Of a stretch of DNA of 20,000 nucleotides, positions 1 through 6,037 are shown piece by piece (positions within the stretch are counted from its first letter, which is position 1; every line of letters begins with the position of its first letter). The position numbers and the translations under genes were made by a program. The notes under the pieces were generated by a model, which did no database searches, was not told where the DNA came from, and saw only the letters and a list, made by a program, of their open reading frames with translations. The DNA comes from an uncultured virus (IMG/VR IMGVR_UViG_3300046167_000525) (Duplodnaviria > Heunggongvirae > Uroviricota > Caudoviricetes > Crassvirales), in IMG/VR virus record IMGVR_UViG_3300046167_000525; one strand, given 5' to 3'.

Positions 1-329
1 GGCAACAAAGATCGGCTGATGTGTTCTTAGGTTTACCTTACGATATTACAATGTATGGTTTGTTGTTAGAATTGTTAGCTAAAGGTGCTGGTTTAAAAGC
101 CGGCCAACTTATTGGTCAACTCGGTGATTGTCATTTATATAACAATCATTTAGAACAAGCAAGAGAGTATAGAAGAAGATCTAAACGTAAGCTTCCTGAA
201 TTAGATTTTAAATACGGTATATTTATGGATGTTCATGAGCATTTAAGTTTACCTGAATTGAGTGATATAAAATTAAATAACTACAATCCTTATCCTGCAA
301 TCAAGGCAGAGCTGAGTGTTGGTAAATAA
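1..329 (+). CDS. thyA: Thymidylate synthase family protein, C-terminal part (5'-truncated by window edge); Asn177->Asp variant, possibly a dCMP methylase/hydroxymethylase
   Basis: The frame is open from base 3: QQRSADVFLGLPYDITMY ... GDCHLYNNH ... YNPYPAIKAELSV. This aligns with E. coli ThyA QRSCDVFLGLPFNIASY / GDTHLYSNH / YDPHPGIKAPVAI. The track's GTG start at 21 is internal. Confidence 0.93.
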   Translation, partial: QQRSADVFLGLPYDITMYGLLLELLAKGAGLKAGQLIGQLGDCHLYNNHLEQAREYRRRSKRKLPELDFKYGIFMDVHEHLSLPELSDIKLNNYNPYPAIKAELSVGK

Positions 330-336
330 AAACAAT

Positions 337-1134
337 ATGACATATTATTTATACCATATTCCAGGTAAAAAAATAGGAATAACACGTAATCTTAAAGATA
401 GAGTTACGCGGCAACAAGGTTATACCGCAGACGAATACGAAGTTCTACTTACTAGCGATGATATAGATTATATATCTGACAAGGAAATAGAACTTCAAAA
501 GTCTTATGGGTATAAAGTCGACAGACAAAAATATAATTTTTTAACTAAAAAATCAAATCGAATGAAATTAAACCCTACGGACCAAACAACTACATTTCCA
601 GTACCTGTTTATAAATTAAGAGGTAACTTAATGGATAATATAGGCTTAAAGTGGGAGACACCTCAAGGTTATAAATTTGAAATAACTAAAGAAAATATAA
701 ATTGGATATTATTAAATGTTAAAACTTCTATGTATAACAACAATAGATGCTACATATATAATAAAGCTTTTAATAGATATCTTAATGAATCTACAGATAC
801 AACTAATTCTACATATCCAGAAAAGTTATATTCTTATCAAGATCAATTTGAATTAATAAGAGAATGGGCTAGTGATAAAGGTATATATAAATCAGGCGAT
901 TCTAAAACTCAGTATATCAAACTAATGGAAGAAGCAGGAGAATTAGCTCAAGCTATATTAAAAAACGATGAACCTGAAGTGATCGATGCTATTGGTGATA
1001 TGGTTGTAGTATTAACCAACTTAGCAAAGTTAAGAGGGCATAATATAGAAGACTGTATAACAAGTGCTTATAATGTTATAGCTAAACGGAAAGGTGAAAT
1101 GATAAACGGAACATTTGTAAAACAAACACTATGA
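337..1134 (+). CDS. Fusion protein: N-terminal GIY-YIG-like domain, middle domain of unknown function, C-terminal MazG-like all-alpha NTP pyrophosphohydrolase
   Basis: C-terminal KLMEEAGELAQAI...VIDAIGDMVVVL...AYNVIAKRKG..INGTFVK is a MazG-type EExxE...D motif. N-terminal YYLYH..KKIGITRNLKDR resembles GIY-YIG. ATG at 337 (A-rich leader, just after the thyA stop) is preferred over the track start at 316. Confidence 0.82.
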   Translation: MTYYLYHIPGKKIGITRNLKDRVTRQQGYTADEYEVLLTSDDIDYISDKEIELQKSYGYKVDRQKYNFLTKKSNRMKLNPTDQTTTFPVPVYKLRGNLMDNIGLKWETPQGYKFEITKENINWILLNVKTSMYNNNRCYIYNKAFNRYLNESTDTTNSTYPEKLYSYQDQFELIREWASDKGIYKSGDSKTQYIKLMEEAGELAQAILKNDEPEVIDAIGDMVVVLTNLAKLRGHNIEDCITSAYNVIAKRKGEMINGTFVKQTL

Positions 1135-1247
1135 TAACAAAAACTGAAACAAGGCTACAAAAAACTAAAGAACGGATTAGTAAGAAACCTATTAACAAAC
1201 ATCTTAGCTGGAGAAACAAAAGAGTAACTGGCTTTGATAAAAACTAA
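1131..1247 (+). CDS. Small basic hypothetical protein (38 aa, MITKTETRLQKTKERISKKPINKHLSWRNKRVTGFDKN)
   Basis: ATGA overlap with the upstream stop codon. It fills the gap before the ORF at 1257. Translated by hand. Confidence 0.5.
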   Translation: MITKTETRLQKTKERISKKPINKHLSWRNKRVTGFDKN

Positions 1248-1256
1248 AATGATTAT

Positions 1257-1520
1257 ATGAATAAGCAAGAAATAGAATTTAGAGATCCAGTTGTTCAAAG
1301 AGTTGTACAAAAATTTGTATCAAGATCAGACATAGGCTTTGCTAAGTACGGTGTAACATTAGAACAAGATCCGTCTAAAATGTTTGAATGGCTAAATCAT
1401 TTGCAAGAAGAACTTATGGATGCTGTATTGTATTTACAAAAAGCTAAAGAAGTTTATACTACTAATCTTCAAGAAGACTTGCTAAGCGATTTAGATGTAG
1501 ATTATGAAAAAATTATTTAA
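1257..1520 (+). CDS. Small all-alpha nucleotide pyrophosphohydrolase-like phage protein (MazG/dUTPase-like superfamily)
   Basis: RSDIGFAKYGVTL...WLNHLQEELMDAVLYLQK: G.KYG followed by an acidic helical EELxD motif, typical of small phage all-alpha NTP-PPase-like proteins. Confidence 0.6.
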   Translation: MNKQEIEFRDPVVQRVVQKFVSRSDIGFAKYGVTLEQDPSKMFEWLNHLQEELMDAVLYLQKAKEVYTTNLQEDLLSDLDVDYEKII

Positions 1521-1962
1521 AAGAAAAAGCGGAAAGCGTGGACCAGTAAGAGCAAAGAAGGTATCATATGATGGTATCAACTTTGCTTCAGGTCTTGAGA
1601 AATATATGTACATAGCTTTAAGAAAAGCAAAAATAAAAGCTAAGTACGAAGGAGAGACATTTGTTTTATTAAATGGTTTTCATTTTGAAAATGAAGTTTA
1701 TGAGAGACAGGCTAATGGTAAAGGTGATTATAAAAATAGAGGGTGCAAACGTATTTTACCTATTAAGTATACACCTGATTTTATTGGCGAAGATTTTATA
1801 ATTGAAACTAAAGGTAGAGCAAATGAATCATTTCCTATGAGATGGAAGTTGTTTAAGCAGCTTATAGTAAGGCAATTCCCAAATGTAACATTATACAAAC
1901 CACAAAATCAAAAAGAATGCGACAAGACCGTAGAGTTAATCCTTTCGAAGCAAAGAGGATAG
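1504..1962 (+). CDS. T7 endonuclease I-like PD-(D/E)xK nuclease (Holliday junction resolvase / host DNA degradation)
   Basis: FASGLE...YE...YTPDF....IIETKG matches the T7 gp3 pattern (FRSGLE...YE...YTPDF...VETKG). Confidence 0.85.
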   Translation: MKKLFKRKSGKRGPVRAKKVSYDGINFASGLEKYMYIALRKAKIKAKYEGETFVLLNGFHFENEVYERQANGKGDYKNRGCKRILPIKYTPDFIGEDFIIETKGRANESFPMRWKLFKQLIVRQFPNVTLYKPQNQKECDKTVELILSKQRG

Positions 1963-2087
1963 CAAGACAAAAATACGCAGAGCGCCAGATTGACAAGTTT
2001 GTTAAATGGAGCTGGGAAGCTAAAGGCAAAGTAAGATCAATAGATATAGAACAATTACATAAAAGACATAATATAATATGTACATGA
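1917..2087 (+). CDS. Hypothetical protein (56 aa, MRQDRRVNPFEAKRIARQKYAERQIDKFVKWSWEAKGKVRSIDIEQLHKRHNIICT)
   Basis: Hand-translated ORF overlapping the end of the endonuclease gene. Its TGA overlaps the next ATG (ATGA). Confidence 0.55.
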   Translation: MRQDRRVNPFEAKRIARQKYAERQIDKFVKWSWEAKGKVRSIDIEQLHKRHNIICT

Positions 2088-2236
2088 AAGAAGACGAAAA
2101 CGAAACAGCGTGGGTTATAGAATTAGGGTTTTATCCTGGAGTACTATTAGGGTTTAGATCTTATATAGAGGAAGATATTGCTATACATGTTTTGTATTTA
2201 CCATTTTTTGATATAGCTTTAAAAATATTTAAATAG
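2084..2236 (+). CDS. Hypothetical protein (50 aa, MKEDENETAWVIELGFYPGVLLGFRSYIEEDIAIHVLYLPFFDIALKIFK)
   Basis: Hand-translated ORF with an ATGA-coupled start. Its TAG overlaps the next GTG by one base. Confidence 0.65.
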   Translation: MKEDENETAWVIELGFYPGVLLGFRSYIEEDIAIHVLYLPFFDIALKIFK

Positions 2237-2403
2237 TGGATGATAACTTAGAAAGCGTAGTGGCTGCCGTAGGCTTATTTATAGACAACGTATTGCATGA
2301 TATGAAGAATGTATCTAAGTCTACAACAAAGCCTGTTATATTGGCTCATATAGATGCCTGGAAGAACGAATTAGAAACAATTAAACAATTTACAAAAACA
2401 TAA
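2236..2403 (+). CDS. Hypothetical protein (55 aa, MDDNLESVVAAVGLFIDNVLHDMKNVSKSTTKPVILAHIDAWKNELETIKQFTKT)
   Basis: Hand-translated ORF. The GTG start overlaps the previous TAG, and its TAA overlaps the nrdB ATG (TAATG). Confidence 0.55.
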   Translation: MDDNLESVVAAVGLFIDNVLHDMKNVSKSTTKPVILAHIDAWKNELETIKQFTKT

Positions 2404-3371
2404 TGGGATTATTTGATAAAAGAATACCTTATAAGCCTTTTGAGTACCCTGAGTATTACACCGAGGGTTGGTTAAAACAAGCTCAAGCTTTTTGGTTACA
2501 TACAGAAATATCAATGCAAAGCGATGTTAAAGACTGGAAAGAAAAATTAAATGAAAAAGAAAAGAACTTAGTAGGTAATATACTATTAGGTTTTGCTCAA
2601 ACCGAATGTGCAGTATCTGATTATTGGACACAAAAAGTAGTTGGCTGGTTTCCTAAACATGAAATACAACAAATGGCAATGATGTTTGGATCGCAAGAAA
2701 CTATACACGCGGTTGCTTATAGCTACTTAAATGAAACTTTAAAACTAGAAGATTATGAAGCGTTTTTACACGAGCCTGCTACAGCAGAAAGATTTGATAA
2801 TCTTGTATCTTATAGTGGGACTAGCTCAATTGGTATTGCTAAGTCTCTCGCTGTATTTTCTGCATTTGCCGAAGGAGTTTCTTTATATTCTGCCTTTGCA
2901 GTACTTTATTCTTTTCAACTTAGAAATTTGCTTAAAGGTATTGGGCAACAAATGAAGTGGTCAGTAAGGGATGAATCATTGCATAGTAAAATGGGTTGTA
3001 CTTTATTTCGTCATATGTGCGAAGAAGATAATCAATTACTGAGTTTATGTCGAGAAGATATAATAAAAGCTGCAGAAACAATGGTTAATCTTGAAGTTAA
3101 ATATATTGACAAAATGTTCGAAATGGGTGATATAGAAGGTATATCATCTAATGATTTAAAACACTTTATAAAGAAAAGAACAAATGAAAAACTTGTTGAA
3201 CTCGGTTACGTCGATCTTGGAAACTATTTCGCGTATGACAACAAAGCAGCTAGTAATCTTGATTGGTTTTACCATCTTACCGGGGGCGTCACTCATACTG
3301 ATTTTTTTGCTATTAGGCCAACTGATTATTCAAAAGCTGGAGAAAATGAGGACTATGAAGACATGTGGTAA
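2403..3371 (+). CDS. nrdB: Class I ribonucleotide reductase beta (small) subunit
   Basis: YKPFEYP, FW.HTEI, metal ligands E68, E99-x-x-H102, EGVSLYS.F and RDESLH, radical-position Y106, C-terminal DFF..R..DY. Confidence 0.96.
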   Translation: MGLFDKRIPYKPFEYPEYYTEGWLKQAQAFWLHTEISMQSDVKDWKEKLNEKEKNLVGNILLGFAQTECAVSDYWTQKVVGWFPKHEIQQMAMMFGSQETIHAVAYSYLNETLKLEDYEAFLHEPATAERFDNLVSYSGTSSIGIAKSLAVFSAFAEGVSLYSAFAVLYSFQLRNLLKGIGQQMKWSVRDESLHSKMGCTLFRHMCEEDNQLLSLCREDIIKAAETMVNLEVKYIDKMFEMGDIEGISSNDLKHFIKKRTNEKLVELGYVDLGNYFAYDNKAASNLDWFYHLTGGVTHTDFFAIRPTDYSKAGENEDYEDMW

Positions 3372-3392
3372 TAATAAAAACAAATAATAAAT

Positions 3393-5111
3393 ATGTGGAA
3401 TAATGATTGGAAAAAAGGAGAAGATTACCCTGCGTGGGGTAATAACGACGTATACAAGAAGACAATATCCGGGGGATATTTATTCGACGGAGAAACACCT
3501 AAAGAAGCATACTATAGAGTCGCTAAAACAGTTGCTCGTAGGTTATATAAACCTGAAATGGCTGACACGTTTTTTGAATACATCTGGAATGGCTGGCTTT
3601 GTTTGGCTAGCCCTGTGCTCAGCAACACTGGTACTGACCGCGGTCTTCCTATTAGTTGTTTTGGGATTGATGTAGCAGATTCAATACAAGATATAGGTAG
3701 TAAAAATTTAGAGATGATGCTGCTCGCTAAGCACGGCGGTGGAGTTGGTATCGGTGTAAATCAAATTAGACCCGCTGGCGCTAGAATAACAGGTAATGGA
3801 ACATCAGACGGAGTCGTACCTTTCTGCAAGATATATGACTCAACAATTCTTGCAACTAATCAAGGGAGTGTCCGTCGTGGAGCTGCCTCAGTTAATATCA
3901 ACATTGAACATGGCGACTTTGAGGACTGGCTTGAAATCAGGGAACCTAAAGGAGATGTTAACAGACAATCGCTTAACCTTCATCAGTGCGCAATTGTTGG
4001 TGATAAGTTTATGCGAAAGCTTGAACAAGGAGATAAGGAAGCAAGATATAGATGGGGTAAATTACTTAGAAAACGAAAAGGAACTGGAGAACCGTACATT
4101 ATGTTTAAAGGAAATGTTAACAAAGCAAATCCAGAAGCATATAAAGAAAACGGATTAAAAGTACATATGACCAACATATGTTCAGAAATTACATTACACA
4201 CAGATGAAAACCATAGTTTTGTATGTTGTTTATCATCATTAAATTTAGCAAAATATGAAGAATGGAAAGACACTAATCTTATATATGACGCCACTTTCTT
4301 TCTTGATGGAGTTATGGAGGAATTTATTCAAAGAGCCAAGGGACTTCGCGGGTTTGAAAATGCTGTTCGGTCTGCGCAGAAAGGGAGAGCACTGGGACTT
4401 GGTGTACTCGGATGGCACACCTATCTCCAAGAAAAAGGTATTCCTTTCGAAGGTTTACTATCTCAGTTTGAAACTAGGAAAATATTTTCGCAAATTAAAA
4501 TTGAAAGTGAAAGAGCCTCGAGAGACTTGGCGGAAATTTACGGCGAGCCTTTATGGTGTGTTGGGACAGGTATGCGTAATACTCATCTCCGTGCTATTGC
4601 TCCTACTGTTTCTAATAGCAAGCTTAGTGGTAATGTTTCTCCTGGTGTTGAACCGTGGGCTGCGAATGTTTTTACAGAGCAGAGTGCAAAGGGGACTTTC
4701 ATTAGGAAAAACCCGACGTTAGTTAAACTATTAAAGAAACATAAACTAAATACAAATGAAACGTGGAATAAAATACTGGCTGACGGAGGTAGCATACAGG
4801 ATATCGATGCTTTGGATAATATCACTATGGGCCATGACATTCCAGTTAAAGAAGTTTTTAAAACTTTTAAAGAGATTAATCAACTAGAATTAGTTAATCA
4901 AGCTGGTCTTAGACAGCAATATGTAGATCAGTCAGTTAGTTTAAACTTAGCTTTTCCTTCTGAAGCTACACCAAAGTGGTTGAACAAAGTTCATTTTGAA
5001 GCTTGGAAGAAGGGTGTTAAAACCTTATATTATACTAGAACAGAATCTGTTTTACGTGGTGATATAGCTCAGCAAGCTATGAATGAAGATTGTTTAGCTT
5101 GTGATGGCTAA
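3393..5111 (+). CDS. nrdA: Class I ribonucleotide reductase alpha (large) subunit, compact, no ATP-cone
   Basis: ASPVLSN, ISC89F, GGGVG, QGSVRRG, N261-I-C263-S-E265, VCCLSS, AIAPTVSNS, DQSVSLNL, KTLYY and C-terminal CLAC redox pair. Confidence 0.97.
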   Translation: MWNNDWKKGEDYPAWGNNDVYKKTISGGYLFDGETPKEAYYRVAKTVARRLYKPEMADTFFEYIWNGWLCLASPVLSNTGTDRGLPISCFGIDVADSIQDIGSKNLEMMLLAKHGGGVGIGVNQIRPAGARITGNGTSDGVVPFCKIYDSTILATNQGSVRRGAASVNINIEHGDFEDWLEIREPKGDVNRQSLNLHQCAIVGDKFMRKLEQGDKEARYRWGKLLRKRKGTGEPYIMFKGNVNKANPEAYKENGLKVHMTNICSEITLHTDENHSFVCCLSSLNLAKYEEWKDTNLIYDATFFLDGVMEEFIQRAKGLRGFENAVRSAQKGRALGLGVLGWHTYLQEKGIPFEGLLSQFETRKIFSQIKIESERASRDLAEIYGEPLWCVGTGMRNTHLRAIAPTVSNSKLSGNVSPGVEPWAANVFTEQSAKGTFIRKNPTLVKLLKKHKLNTNETWNKILADGGSIQDIDALDNITMGHDIPVKEVFKTFKEINQLELVNQAGLRQQYVDQSVSLNLAFPSEATPKWLNKVHFEAWKKGVKTLYYTRTESVLRGDIAQQAMNEDCLACDG

Positions 5112-5131
5112 AGGCTAAAAGTTATGACTTT

Positions 5132-5161
5132 TTTATACATATAATAATTAATATGTATAAA
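5132..5161. repeat. AT-rich inverted repeat (11-bp arms, 8-bp spacer)
   Basis: TTTATACATAT (5132-5142) aataatta ATATGTATAAA (5151-5161); the arms are perfect reverse complements. Confidence 0.7.
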
Positions 5162-5184
5162 TAATTAAATAATCTATACATATT

Positions 5185-5215
5185 AAAAAAGGGGTCTCAT
5201 AATGAGGCCCCTTTC
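5185..5215. terminator. Bidirectional rho-independent terminator between the convergent modules
   Basis: AAAAAA-GGGGTCTCA-taa-TGAGGCCCC-TTTC: GC-rich stem (one G-U pair on the + strand) with an A-tract on one side and a T-tract on the other, between the 3' ends of nrdA (+) and the late operon (-). Confidence 0.85.
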
Positions 5216-5259
5216 TATTATAGGAATTGCAGGTATGGTACGCCTGATAATCTTTACTC

Positions 5260-5529
5260 CTATTTATTTCTTTTTATATTGGATGCTCTTTTACCCATCC
5301 CGACTCTTTTCTTTTCAGCTACAGCTTTTTTCTTTTCAGCTGAAGACATTTCACTCCAAGTCTTAACAGTTTCACCGCTAATCCTTTTACTAGGTCTACA
5401 CTTTTTAGTGTTTTTATTCTTAGTAGATCCACAAGGGTTACCTTTTTCGTCGGTCCATTTTTCTTTAAACCAACGCTTAAGGTTTGCGCCTTCTTTTGTT
5501 TTTCTAACAAACAACGGTGACTGTCTCAT
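5260..5529 (-). CDS. Small highly basic phage protein (LKRWFKEKW..CG..CRP motif; DUF5872-like)
   Basis: 89 aa, Lys-rich. LKRWFKEKW...PCG...KCRPSKRIS.ET.KT..EMS is a motif I recognise from marine phage and giant-virus hypothetical proteins. Confidence 0.75.
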   Translation of the reverse strand: MRQSPLFVRKTKEGANLKRWFKEKWTDEKGNPCGSTKNKNTKKCRPSKRISGETVKTWSEMSSAEKKKAVAEKKRVGMGKRASNIKRNK

Positions 5530-5666
5530 TATTTTTTACCTTTATTTTTTCTACACTTAGCTATTGCTCCACTTGCATACGCAGAAGGAAATACTTTGTA
5601 TTGCTTCTTTACCTTATGGTAACATGCGTCTTTTAATTTGAATGGTGATCCTTTAGTTAACTTCAT
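5529..5666 (-). CDS. Small basic phage protein (45 aa, MKLTKGSPFKLKDACYHKVKKQYKVFPSAYASGAIAKCRKNKGKK)
   Basis: Not in the ORF track; hand-translated. A-rich leader, TAATG coupling to the next gene, and a DACY.KVK..Y.V.PSAYASGA..KCRK motif that I recognise from marine phages. Confidence 0.8.
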   Translation of the reverse strand: MKLTKGSPFKLKDACYHKVKKQYKVFPSAYASGAIAKCRKNKGKK

Positions 5667-5677
5667 AATTTTTGTTT

Positions 5678-6037
5678 TTAGTATACCCAAAATACTTCAG
5701 GTGATTTATCTTTATCAATATCTACATGAATAAATGTTTTACCAACACCTATTCTTTTAAATCCTACTTCTCTCAGTATATCGTATAGTTTAAACCTATC
5801 CACAGAGTTATTACACTTTATATCTACAGCTAAGCCTTTTAAGTGTGAAGAATCTGATTTACCTCCAACAAACTCATTGTGTTCAGGTGTTCTAAATCCT
5901 GAGTTAGGATCAATAGCTTTACCGTATTTTTTACGAGCAATATCTAACATGCTTATAAGTTCATCACTCATATTTTTCCCACTTCCTTCTAAATCTGGAG
6001 AATCAAACTCTCCGTAAGTAAAATATTTAAATTTCAT
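5678..6037 (-). CDS. Peptidase M15A-family zinc peptidase, probable endolysin
   Basis: EFDSPD...NSGFRTPEHN..VGG...SSHLKGLAVDI...GFKRIGV...FIHVD contains the SxHxxGxAxD and HxD Zn-binding motifs. Confidence 0.9.
   Translation of the reverse strand: MKFKYFTYGEFDSPDLEGSGKNMSDELISMLDIARKKYGKAIDPNSGFRTPEHNEFVGGKSDSSHLKGLAVDIKCNNSVDRFKLYDILREVGFKRIGVGKTFIHVDIDKDKSPEVFWVY

Noticed and set aside
316..336. Track start at 316 for the MazG fusion, and GTG at 21 as the start of thyA
   Set aside because: 316 overlaps thyA, and the ATG at 337 has a better leader. The thyA frame is open to the window edge, with the conserved QRSAD motif upstream of position 21.
2755..4840. Alternative-frame and antisense ORFs within nrdB/nrdA (2755-2955, 3184-3387, 3313-3498, 3403-3675, 3796-4158, 3983-4294, 4245-4430, 4255-4722, 4583-4840)
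   Set aside because: They overlap well-supported RNR genes and have no recognisable motifs; these are shadow ORFs.
2403..5111. Introns, inteins or homing endonucleases in nrdA/nrdB, which are common in phages
   Set aside because: Both ORFs are continuous, compact and contain all motifs at the expected spacing.
5279..5560. Hydrophobic + strand ORF (93 aa) that could be mistaken for a holin, and the 5319-5510 alternative-frame ORF
   Set aside because: The hydrophobicity is the antisense mirror of Lys-rich codons in the real - strand gene. The + strand ORF also lies beyond the terminator on the wrong strand.
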